Assembly (NCBI GenBank): GCA_963766075.1
Contig: CAVYAN010000049.1
Coordinates: forward strand, 13,598-77,597
Length of the DNA stretch: 64,000 nucleotides
DNA from: an uncultured cyanobacterium
GTDB lineage: Bacteria > Cyanobacteriota > Cyanobacteriia > Leptolyngbyales > Leptolyngbyaceae
Direction of reading: 5' to 3'
The notes under the pieces are model-generated. The model did no database searches. It was not told the DNA's origin and saw only the letters and a list, made by a program, of their open reading frames with translations. Below are positions 11,095-22,072 of this stretch, one piece after another. Each line of letters begins with the position of its first letter. The first letter of the stretch is position 1. A program made the translations under genes and the position numbers.

Positions 11095-11351
11095 TGCAAC
11101 TGAGTTCTCCTACGCCGGAATTTGATGCGCAGTTGGATTTGCGGGGTACGCCTTGTCCAATTAACTTTGTGCGGACTAAGCTCAAATTGGAATCCATGGT
11201 GGCAGGAACGGTGTTAGAAATATGGCTGGATCCAGGAGAACCCATTGAACAGGTGCCAGACAGCTTGCTGATGGAGGGACACCACGTAGAGCAGATCCAG
11301 GAGCGCGTAGGATTCTTTGCCGTGACGGTGCGGAAGAGCGCTGAGGCATGA
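11091..11351 (+). CDS. TusA/SirA-like sulfurtransferase-fold protein
   Basis: 86 aa with [19 protein letters not shown] resembling the TusA CPxP cysteine loop. ATGA overlaps with both dnaJ (11091-11094) and rsgA (11348-11351). Confidence 0.7.
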   Translation: MMQLSSPTPEFDAQLDLRGTPCPINFVRTKLKLESMVAGTVLEIWLDPGEPIEQVPDSLLMEGHHVEQIQERVGFFAVTVRKSAEA

Positions 11352-12424
11352 GGGCCAGAAGCCCGGGGGAAAGCGCAGGGATTGTGCCCGAGGATACCCT
11401 GGTGGGAAGGGTTGTGGCCATCCAGGCTAATTTCTATCAGGTGACCTTAGATGGAAATCGGGGGCAACTCCTTTGTACTCGTCGGGCTCGCCTGAAAAAG
11501 CTGGATCAGCAGGTGATGGTGGGCGATTGGGTCACGCTTGAGGAACCGGACTGGTTAGGCAGACGCGGCGCGATCGCTCAGGTCCTGCCCCGTCAGTCGG
11601 TGTTGGACCGACCACCGGTGGCCAATGCGGACCATATTTTGCTGGTATTTGCCTTGGCCCAGCCAACGATTGAGCCGTATCAACTGAGTCGTTTTTTGCT
11701 GAAGGCGGAGTCTACCGGACTGGATGTGACGCTGTGCCTCAGCAAGGGTGATTTAGTGTCTGAACTGGAGCAGCAGCAGTGGCAACAACGGCTACGGCTG
11801 TGGGGGTACGATCCCCTGATTGTTTGCGTGCATCAAGCGCGGGGCTTGGCAGAGTTGGCGCTGCGACTCCGGCACAAAATTACGGTGGTTTCTGGCCCCT
11901 CGGGCGTCGGGAAATCCAGCTTGATTAATTGGCTTGTGCCTGAGGCCCAGCTCCGGGTGGCCGCAGTGTCAGGCAAACTGGGCAAGGGAAGACATACGAC
12001 GCGGCATGTGGAACTGTTCGAGTTACCCGGGGGGGGATTACTGGCGGATACCCCCGGTTTTAATCAGCCGGATTTAGACTGCGCACCGGAAGATTTGGCG
12101 GGATATTTTCCGGAGATTCGGCAACGATTGGTAGGAGCGACCTGCCAGTTCAACGACTGTTCCCATCGGGACGAACCCCAATGCGCGGTGCGGGGGGATT
12201 GGGAACGGTATGCCCATTATTTGGACTTTTTGGAACCCGCGATCGCCCGCCAGCAATTGCTCAATGACTCCGGCAATCAGGAATCGAACCTAAAGCGAAA
12301 AAGTAAAGGTCAAGGCCAGCAAACCTATGAACCGAAGCTGGTTGCCAAGAAGTATCGACGCACTTCCCGGCGATCGCAGCAGCAGGCACTCCAGTTACTC
12401 AGCCAGGAAGAGGCTGAAGAGTGA
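11348..12424 (+). CDS. rsgA: ribosome small-subunit-dependent GTPase A (RsgA/YjeQ)
   Basis: Circularly permuted GTPase: SKGD (G4) precedes GPSGVGKSSLIN (G1) and DTPGF (G3). C-terminal zinc knuckle CQFNDCSHRDEPQC. Confidence 0.9.
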   Translation: MRARSPGESAGIVPEDTLVGRVVAIQANFYQVTLDGNRGQLLCTRRARLKKLDQQVMVGDWVTLEEPDWLGRRGAIAQVLPRQSVLDRPPVANADHILLVFALAQPTIEPYQLSRFLLKAESTGLDVTLCLSKGDLVSELEQQQWQQRLRLWGYDPLIVCVHQARGLAELALRLRHKITVVSGPSGVGKSSLINWLVPEAQLRVAAVSGKLGKGRHTTRHVELFELPGGGLLADTPGFNQPDLDCAPEDLAGYFPEIRQRLVGATCQFNDCSHRDEPQCAVRGDWERYAHYLDFLEPAIARQQLLNDSGNQESNLKRKSKGQGQQTYEPKLVAKKYRRTSRRSQQQALQLLSQEEAEE

Positions 12425-12436
12425 GCCCTGCGGTCC

Positions 12437-13249
<813 letters not shown>

Positions 13250-13296
13250 CTAGATCATCATACCGCCACCCTGTCCCCTATGCCCTGTTCCCAGCC

Positions 13297-15129
13297 ATGA
13301 ACCGGCTGACCTCTGTCGCCACGTCTGTCATCAACGCGTCTGTGATCAGCACGTCTGCCATCAATCAGATCATGGCGCGGGGCTGGCTATGGGTATGGAT
13401 AGCCATTGGTGCGGCGTTGCGAGGGTGGTCACTGGCCTGGGATCCACCGTGGACGGACGAAGTCGCCACGCTGGTGTTTAGCTTGGGACACAGTTTTCGC
13501 ACCGTGCCCCTGAATCAGATGCTGAGCCTGGATGCACTACTGGAGCCGCTGCGGGTGGATACCATGGGCAGCGTTAGCGATGTGGTGCGGCATTTGATGA
13601 CAGAGAGCACCCATCCACCCCTATATTTCGTGCTGACCCATTTTTGGCTCCGGGGGCTGTCGGCCCCAACGGGTTGGGTAGATGTGGGTTTGGCGCGATC
13701 GCTCTCGGCCTTTTGGGGCGTCTTGGCCATTCCCGCCATGGCCGGCTTGAGTCGGCTCCTGTGGCGGCAGGGGCGAGTTGCGCCGATCGCCACAGCTCTC
13801 ATGGCCCTGTCACCGTTGGGTATTTATCTGGCCCAGGATGCGCGGCATTACACCTTGGCGATTTTGTGGGAGATTGCTGGATTGGGCTGCGGGGCGATCG
13901 CCCTCCGGTGTCTGCACCAAAACACAAAACTGTCTCCCTGGCTGTGCCTCACCTGGGTTGCCGTCAATGCTTTGGGGTTAGCGACCCACTACTTCTTTGG
14001 ATTGTTCCTCGTCGCACAGGCTATGGTTTTCGGGGTGCTTTACGGCCTTCAATGCAAAGCCGCCATCCGGGTTTCTGTCTCTGGGCTTGCTTTTGAGCCT
14101 GGATGGAAAGGCCAAAATCCAGCTTGGCTGGGCATTGGCATCAGCATCCTAGGCACAGTCGCCAGCAGTTTAGTCTGGCTGCCAGCCCTTGTCCAAAGTC
14201 GAGAAAATGAGCTGACGTACTGGGTCTTTGTCGCGGGGCGGAGCGGGTGGAACGGGTTGGATCCAATCGTCAATACCAGCATTAGTCTGATGACGATGGT
14301 ACTGTTGCTACCGATTCAAAATGTGCCCACCGGGGTAATGCTGGGGTCTGGCAGCGTTGTGGTGGGGGCTAGCCTGGGGCTGTGGCTGTGGGTTTGGCAG
14401 GGGTGGCGGGAACGCTGGCAACATCTCAGCGATCGCCCAGTAATCGGAGGACTGTTGGGGACACTATTGGGGGCGATCTCCCTGTTTTTGTGCCTGGATT
14501 ACGGGTTCAGCACTGATCTGACCCGGGCCTTTCGCTATAGTTTTGTGTACTTTCCCCTGGTGATTTTGGCAGTTGCGATCGGCGTGACGGCCCACATCCC
14601 CCGATTTCCTGGCAGGCATCGCGTTCTGCCCTTGCTGCTCCTGCTAGCGGGACTGGGCGGCCTCACCGGGGCAAATCACTTGGGATACCAAAAGGTGCAT
14701 CGTCCTGATCGGGTAGCACAGACCCTTCAGCAGCAGTCGCAGGGCGCGATCGTTGTCAGTATAGCCCACCATACCCACGGTCAAACCGGTCGCCTGATGG
14801 GAGTGGCCTGGGCACTGGCTCATCCTGGCTCCCCTCGTCCTGGCTTCCCCCGTCCCGGCCACCCATCGGGTAACGTCCCTGCACCAGGCCCGGTACAGGC
14901 CCAGTTTTACTTGGATCATCAGCGCTGTACGCAAGACAATCCATCCGGCTGCGATCGGCCCACGGAACAATTTCGCCAAAGCTTAACCTCGGTGGCACGT
15001 CCCTTTGACATTTGGCTGATTAATTTTCAAGGGGTGGCGGACTTCGGTCCCCAGCAGTGTACCTTTGATCGCACCTTGGGGACTCAACGAGTCGATGGAT
15101 ATCGGTATCAGCACTATCACTGTGGGTAA
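13297..15129 (+). CDS. polytopic membrane protein, possibly a GT39/ArnT-like glycosyltransferase (start uncertain; the ORF track begins at 13192)
   Basis: About 12 hydrophobic segments followed by a soluble C-terminal domain. The N-terminal region (DEVATLVFSLGHSF...THPPLYFVLTHFWL) resembles PMT_2-type lipid-carrier glycosyltransferases. The family call is from memory only. Confidence 0.5.
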   Translation: MNRLTSVATSVINASVISTSAINQIMARGWLWVWIAIGAALRGWSLAWDPPWTDEVATLVFSLGHSFRTVPLNQMLSLDALLEPLRVDTMGSVSDVVRHLMTESTHPPLYFVLTHFWLRGLSAPTGWVDVGLARSLSAFWGVLAIPAMAGLSRLLWRQGRVAPIATALMALSPLGIYLAQDARHYTLAILWEIAGLGCGAIALRCLHQNTKLSPWLCLTWVAVNALGLATHYFFGLFLVAQAMVFGVLYGLQCKAAIRVSVSGLAFEPGWKGQNPAWLGIGISILGTVASSLVWLPALVQSRENELTYWVFVAGRSGWNGLDPIVNTSISLMTMVLLLPIQNVPTGVMLGSGSVVVGASLGLWLWVWQGWRERWQHLSDRPVIGGLLGTLLGAISLFLCLDYGFSTDLTRAFRYSFVYFPLVILAVAIGVTAHIPRFPGRHRVLPLLLLLAGLGGLTGANHLGYQKVHRPDRVAQTLQQQSQGAIVVSIAHHTHGQTGRLMGVAWALAHPGSPRPGFPRPGHPSGNVPAPGPVQAQFYLDHQRCTQDNPSGCDRPTEQFRQSLTSVARPFDIWLINFQGVADFGPQQCTFDRTLGTQRVDGYRYQHYHCG

Positions 15130-15228
15130 AAGTGGAGCATAGAGGGCCATCCTAATCCCCGATCATCCTACACCCGGTTGCCCTGCAGTCGGGCATAATT
15201 CTAAACAGCTTCCTTTCTTCTTTTTCCT

Positions 15229-15579
15229 ATGCTGGAATGCGCGCGCTGTCGCCAACCCGTCGCCCGTCAAGCTCTGTCCTGTCCTCACTGTGGCAACCCG
15301 CTGAAAGCCCACGGGCATCCCGGTATTCCCCTACATCAAGCCACAGGTGACGAGCCGCTGTGCCTGACGTGCATCTATCACGCCGATGATTCCTGCAATT
15401 ATCCCAAGCGACCCCACGCAATGGATTGCACGCTGTACAGCACTTCATCGCCCGCTAAAGCGCCTTCACCCCCTGCCCAGCTTGGCTTTGGACTACCAGG
15501 CTGGATCCGACGTAATGGGGGATTGGTGGCCTTGATGGGGCTGATTGTGTTGAGTCTGTTGATCGCACTGGCTAGGTAG
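15229..15579 (+). CDS. zinc-ribbon protein with C-terminal transmembrane anchor
   Basis: CARC...CPHC at the N-terminus, a second Cys/His cluster (CLTCIYHADDSC), and a C-terminal hydrophobic helix LVALMGLIVLSLLIAL. Confidence 0.55.
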   Translation: MLECARCRQPVARQALSCPHCGNPLKAHGHPGIPLHQATGDEPLCLTCIYHADDSCNYPKRPHAMDCTLYSTSSPAKAPSPPAQLGFGLPGWIRRNGGLVALMGLIVLSLLIALAR

Positions 15580-15581
15580 GG

Positions 15582-15836
15582 TTGGGAGGCGAAGTGGATA
15601 ATGAAATGGCAAGAGAGCTTGATAGAACCGGTAAAATGGAGACTCCCATTGCGAATTATGCATTAGCCCCTATGCCGTTGAACCTCCAGCCGGAAATGGA
15701 TGAGCCGCAGGCCAGCAGCCCTGACCAAGACAAACCCACACCTGATAACGCAGCCATCTTATGTCCCCATTGCCGACGCACAGCAACAAATGGCATTAAG
15801 TGTCAAGGAATTTGTGTCGCTGACAGTGATTATTAA
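15582..15836 (+). CDS. small Cys-rich hypothetical protein (start uncertain; ATG candidates at 15606 and 15636)
   Basis: 84-codon ORF ending CPHCRRTATNGIKCQGICVADSDY, directly after the zinc-ribbon ORF. No family recognised. Confidence 0.35.
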   Translation: MGGEVDNEMARELDRTGKMETPIANYALAPMPLNLQPEMDEPQASSPDQDKPTPDNAAILCPHCRRTATNGIKCQGICVADSDY

Positions 15837-15907
15837 TAGCTGATAATGATTATTAATAGCTGGCAGTGCTTTTAATCATAGTGATTATTAAGGCGTGACT
15901 TAGGGAC

Positions 15908-18900
15908 TCAACTCAAGATTGGCAGTCGAATGCAGAACTCGGTGCCATGACCCAACGCTGACTGTACTTCTATGCTACCTTGATGTTTTTCCACCACAAT
16001 TTGACGGGCGATCGCCAAACCTAATCCGGTGCCTTTGCCCACGCCTTTAGTCGTGAATAAATGATCAAAAATCTTGGCTTTTACGGCCTCGCTCATACCT
16101 CTGCCATTATCATGGATACGAATTTCTACAGTGTATGGTTCCGGGATCACAGAAGTGTGAAGGGTGATAATCTGGGGATGGGCCTCCAATGCTGCAAAGG
16201 ACAATTGCTGAGCCGCTTCGTCAAAGACATCGATCGCATTGGCCAGAACATTCATAAACACCTGGTTAAGCTGGCCCGGAAAGCACTGGATCAGGGGCAA
16301 TTCACCATAGTTTGAAATAACCTGAATGGCAGGACGATACTGATTGGCTTTGATGCGGTATTTGAGAATGAGCAGCGTACTATCAAGCCCCTCATGCAGA
16401 TTAGCGCTCACCTTGTGGTCAGTATCGGCGCGGGAAAAAGTGCGAAGGCTCGTGCTGATGCCTTTGATGCGATCAGTGGCCCCTTTCATTGAGGTCAACA
16501 GTTTGGGCAGGTCTTCGCAGAGAAATTCCAGATCAATCTCTTCTGCATGTTCTTGCACAGGGGTGGCCACCTGAGGAGCGTATTGTTGATAAAGTGCAAG
16601 ATGGCTCAGTAAGTCGTGTACATAATCCTTGGCATTGTTAATGCTGCCCGTGAGAAAGCCAATGGGGTTGTTAATTTCGTGGGCGATACCCGCGACCAAG
16701 TTACCCAGGGATGCCATTTTTTCATTCTGAACCATTTGCAATTGCGTATTTTGCAAATCTGACAGTGCTTGTTCCAACTCCTGAGATTTTTTCAAGATCG
16801 TGGCTTCGGCATATTTGCGATCGCTAATATCCCGCACGATAATCAATGCTTCATCCTGGTCACAAACTGCAATCCGCACCTCTTCATATTGCACGCGATC
16901 GGGCGTGACAAACTGCTGTTCATAGATTTGGGTGATGCCCGTTTCCAATGACCGCTGAATCGCCTGCATTCGTTCCTCAGCCTTATCGAGGGGGAGGGAA
17001 TCATACACGCTTGCACCCGGAAAAAATACATCGGTCTGTTGCACATTCAGATGATCAGAGCCAGCAATATCGAGATAAATACCCTCTCGATTGACCCGGA
17101 TTAATAGGTCTGGGATAGCAGCAATCAGAGCTCGATTGGTGGCTTCACTTCTCTCTAGATCTTGCGCGTATTGCTGAAATTGCTGGTACAGTCGGGCATT
17201 TTCCAAGGAAATGGCCGCTTGGGTACAGAGAAAGTTCAGGATCAGCAGACGATCCTTCGTAAATACCCCACTCGTTGAACAACTTTCTAAGTACAGAATG
17301 CCGAGCAGTTTGCCCTGATTCAGAATGGGCAAGCACAGGATGCTTTTGGGTCGCCGCTGAACGAGGTACTCATCCCTGAGATACTCAGCGCTAATGGACA
17401 CACCCACTTTGAAATGATCAACAGCCATTGCTACTTGCGTATTTTTGACATATTGAATCAGCTTCACGGGCACCTGGGGACTGCCCGCTAGCGGGGCGGA
17501 ATACAGCTCTACCGCTTCGGGCGTGGCTATGGCCTCAATTCGCCATTCGCCTGTGGGGTCAGGGAGGATTAGGGCGCAGCGATCGCCCCCGGAGTTATGC
17601 AGAATAATTTGGGTGAGTTGATGCAGAAGCTGATCCAATTGAATCGTACCAGAAAGGCTTTGGGAGGCTTTGAGCACGGAGGCAAAATCTAATGTGCTAT
17701 TAAGGCTCACACTCGACGAATGGCTCGATGGGGTAGAGCCATGGATTGAAAGGTGATGAACGGCGCTACTGGCCAAGACTTCCAGGGAATTCCGGGCAGA
17801 TACAGCGGATAGAATCTTGGAGGATAGCAATTCCGGATAGCGGTTGGCTAAATCATCGGTTTTGGCTTTGGCTCCCCACTGGGTATAGCGGTGGTCGGCA
17901 GCCTGCATATACCCAACGGCCAGGGTTTCTTTACCCCAGTCGAGATAGAACTGGGCGGCCCGTTCGTTCGCGAGGGCTTCATCTTGAATAAACCCATTTT
18001 TGAGCGCACTGGCAATGGCGCGATCGTAGTATTCGATCGCCTCAGAGCGCTGTCCGGCCACACGATACCGTTCCGCTTCAACCAGTTCCCAGCGGTGCTG
18101 ATGGTTGAAGGGAGCCAGCGTAGCCCAGTTTTTCAGCCGTTCCTGGTGCCGATCCACACGGTCCAGCCCATCCTGCTGCGTCTCCACTGTGCTATCACAC
18201 AGGGCCAACTGAATGAGTGCATCATAGAAGGCATACAGCGGCACCATGAAAGTCCCAATACCCCCGTCTAGATAGTGCTCTGCCAGGATAGCGGCATGGG
18301 CGGCTTGCGGATAGTGGCCAAACAGGTAGCTCAGCACCATCTGATTAAAATGCAGATAGAAGAGAGCGGTACGATGATGCGTCGCTTGCAACAGCGGTTC
18401 TGCCGTAGCGGCGTTAAAGACTGCCCCCGTGAGCTGTTCAGGAGCAGGCGTTTGACCCAACAGGTTGAGGATGGTTTGCTCGTAGATTTCTAGATAGTAC
18501 TGTGAGGTTTTTTGCTTGAGCCGACAGACGGTTTGACGATAGGCAGCGATCGCATCAGCCAGCCCGGTTAATTCCTGCCCAGCATGATAGGCATAGCCAC
18601 AGTAAGCTGCCGCATTCAAGCCCGCACATTCCTGATCTCCCGTTTCCAGGCCGGTTTGGAAGGCTTCCTGTAACGGGGGAATAGACTCCTGCAGAGGGGC
18701 TTTCCAGTGCTGAATGTAGGTATAGGTGACGTACCAGGCTCTGCACTTGAAGGAGGGATCCTGCAACTGGTCTAGTAACTTCAACGCCAGTTGACCAAAG
18801 TCGTAGCCAGATGGAATATCGCCAATGACACCACATAGAATCAGACCATAATCAACATAACCATAAATGGACAGGGGACAATTGCCATCCTGGAGTGACA

Positions 18901-21900
18901 ATTCCACTTGCTTAAAAATCAGCAGAGCCATTAAGGTGGGATTTCCCCAATAGGCACAGGGCACCAGCCAACTCAGGATTTGCAGGGTGGCTAAGCGATG
19001 GGGATCGGTCATCGGGGGTAATTCAAGCAAACTCAGGGGGGCAGTATCCTGCCAAAGTTGCCGGGTAGCTCCAAATGCCGCCGCAACATCCGCCTGGGTC
19101 GGCTGGGTCGGAAGGTCCACCCCCAAGGACTGTAAGACTTGTAAGCCAATCTGGAGGGCCTGCTGGAGTTGCCCCTGGGCCTTAGCCCCCATCAGGCGGG
19201 TTTGCTGGACTGGAATCGTATCTAGCAGGGTTCTAGCCTGTTGGATCGCGTGGTTAGCCCATTGCTCCATCTGCTCAAAATCTGTGCTGAGATAGGCTGC
19301 GTCTGCGGCCTCTGTATACAGGGCCAGGGTCAGATCGTAATGATGCGTCCAAGCCTGTGGGGGCAACAGAGCAATGCCGATCGCCAGAAAGTCTACCGCT
19401 GCCCCATAGGCCGTAGCGGCTTTGGCTTTTTGCCCTGCTCTGAGGTTTAAGTGGGCCAAGTCTTCTCGCGCTTGGGGAGTCGTGATTCGGGAGCGCCCCG
19501 CATTCAAATGATTGACAATTTCAAACAGACGCTCCTCCTTTTCAGCGGCTGTAGCGTTGTTGTGCAGTAGGAGTTGGCCGATTTTCAGGTGGGTGGCTTG
19601 CCGATGGTCTTCGGCGATGAGGGCGTAGGCCGCTTGCTGAATGCGATCGTGCAAGAACCGATAGGCACAGGAGTCCGTAGGGGGTATCTGGGTTGCGGGT
19701 ATCTGGGTTGCGGGTATCTGGGTTGCGGGGATCTGGGACTGGCGACTGGCTCCTCCTGGAAAAATTTGTAAAGATCATTTTGGGGAAGGATAAATCCTTC
19801 TTGCAGGGCTGGCCAGAGGTCTAGCGCAATTTTTGTTGGGGGTTGTTCACAGGCGATCGCCAGCGTAGTCAAGTCAAATTGATTGCCGATACAGGCCGCT
19901 AATTTAAGTAACGTTTGGCAAGACGCGGGCAGTTTTTGCAATTGCAGCGTCATGAATTCGACCACATCCAGGCTGAGCACCTGTGACGTGAGGCGAGTCA
20001 TATCGCACTGCCATTGCCGGACTTCTCGATCAAATTCAATCAAGCCGTCTGTATGGAAAGATTTGAGTAATTGGGTAGTAAAAAAGGGGTTCCCCTGGGC
20101 CTTTTGATAAACCCGCTGTGCTAGGGGCAGGGCCGCATTTTCAGAACAGCTCAGCGTATCGGCAATCAGGTGATTAATGTGGGTCTGGCTCAGGGGAGAC
20201 AGGGTCAAAGTATGGACCGCAACGTCGGCTTTGCTGAGGTTATCGACCATCAGCCTGAGGGGATGGGTGGCGCTGACTTCATGATCCCGATAGGCCCCGA
20301 TCAAGAGTAGAGCGTCGCACTGGCGCACGAGAAGATCCATCAAACTGAGGGAGGCTAGATCCGCCCACTGTAAGTCATCCAGAAAAATGACGAGGGGATG
20401 GCCTCCCGTCGCGAAGACTTGAATAAAGTGCTGCAACACGCGATAGAACCGATGTTGAGCTTCATTGCCCGACAATGCTACCGCAGCGGGCTGTGGTCCC
20501 AGGATGGCGGCCAGCTCGGGAACAACATCGATAATGACCTGCCCATTCTCTCCGAGGGCCGTGAGAATCCGGGCTTGCCATTGCGCCAACTGCGCATCGC
20601 TTTCAGCCAGCAATTGCCCCACCAAATCCCGTAATGCTTGGAAAAACGCTGAAAAGGGAATATTGCGATTGAATTGGTCGAACTTGCCCTTAATGAAATA
20701 GCTACGCGGTCCGTTGACATTGCGGGCAGTGCGGGCGATCGGCTGATGCACTTCATTGATGACGGCGGTTTTGCCGATGCCCGAAAACCCAGCGACTAAT
20801 ACGAGCTCGCTGCCGGGGGAGCTAGAGAGCGGGGCCTGGGCCACACGCTCAAATGCCGCTAATAATTCACGCACTTCGGCCTCTCGACCGTAGAGCTTTT
20901 CCGGAATCAAGAAGCGATCGCAGGCATCTTGGGTGGCGATCGCCACAGGTTCAAGGTGACCCGTTGCCCGCAATTGTGTGAGGCTGGTCTGTAAATCATG
21001 CCGCAATCCCACAGCACTTTGATAGCGATCTTCGGCATTTTTGGCCATTAGTTTGGCCACTATGTCAGACAGCACAGCGGGAATATCCGCACAGAGCTGA
21101 TCTGCGCGGGGCGGCAATTTGGCAAGATGACAATACACCAGCTCCAGCGGATCGTCACTCTGGAAAGGCAATTGCCCGGTTAACAATTCAAACAGGGTGA
21201 CACCCAGGGCATAGAAATCAGCGCGATAGTCCACGCCCCGATTCATTCGTCCCGTCTGCTCCGGGGCCAAATAGGCGAGTGTGCCTTCGAGGCTAGTGGC
21301 GCTTTTGATTTCTAGGGTTTCTTTGGGCAGGAGTGATGAGAGGCTGAAGTCGATCAGTTTGACTTGTTTCGACTCTGGATGAATCAGAATATTGGCGGGC
21401 TTAATATCCTTGTGGATGACCCGTGCCTGATGCAGATCATGCAAAATATCAGCCAGTTGTAAGGCAATTTCCAGAACGTCTAGCAGAAAGGTTTGAGTGT
21501 CGTGGGGTAAGCTTGGCCGGGAATGAGCTGACTCCCCTCCTAAAGGTGAACCCTGAAAAGGGGCGCTAGAAGAAGGGGCACTAGAAGGTGAGCACGTAGC
21601 CCGTTGGGTAATCCACTGTCGGAGGGAAATCCCCCCAAAGTCTTCCATCACGAGGGCATAGCTGCTGCCGTAGGGTTCGAGACTATAGGGACGAACGATG
21701 CCAGGAATTTTGAGCGCGTTGGCGATCGCGTACTGATTGCGCAACTGTAGCCCCGCCTGCCCCCCCGCGTGATCCGGGTGCAGCAGTTTAATAATGACGG
21801 GCCGCTGACTCGAATTTTCCACGGCGCGATACACCACCGTCCGCGAGCCCGCATAAAGTTGCTCAAGGACGGAGTAGCCAACAATGTGAGGCGCTGGGTG

Positions 21901-21939
21901 AGGCGCTGGATTTGGACAAGGGTTTGCTAGCGGTGACAT
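15908..21939 (-). CDS. HstK-type dual sensor kinase: Ser/Thr kinase + AAA/STAND-like ATPase + helical repeat region + GAF + PAS + histidine kinase. Split into ORFs 19585-21939 and 15908-19654 by one frame change near 19680.
   Basis: N-terminal part has HKDIKPANILI, LAYLAPEQ and the P-loop GFSGIGKTAVINEV. The C-terminal part continues the family-typical YRFLHDRIQQAAY once its frame is read upstream of the annotated Met, then has GAF and PAS regions, H-box AGIAHEINNPIGF, N-box NVLANAIDV, G-boxes DNGRGM and GTGLGL. Confidence 0.88.
19682..19738 (-). repeat. 15-bp tandem repeat (GGGTATCTGGGTTGC x3 plus a diverged fourth unit) inside the dual-kinase gene
   Basis: Direct reading. Units lie at 19682-19696, 19697-19711 and 19712-19726, with a partial unit after. 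The repeat encodes PQPRY x3 in the upstream frame or IPATQ x3 in the downstream frame. Confidence 0.95.
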
Positions 21940-22072
21940 AGCATTGGATAGAGGGTTCTAGTCTGCTAGAATTCCCCAAAACGAAACAGGCTGACCACTC
22001 AGCCCGCTCCCGCTCCACTGGCTTGCGTCTCCCGTCATGGCTCCCCCAGTATTATTTTTCCCAATTTTCCGA

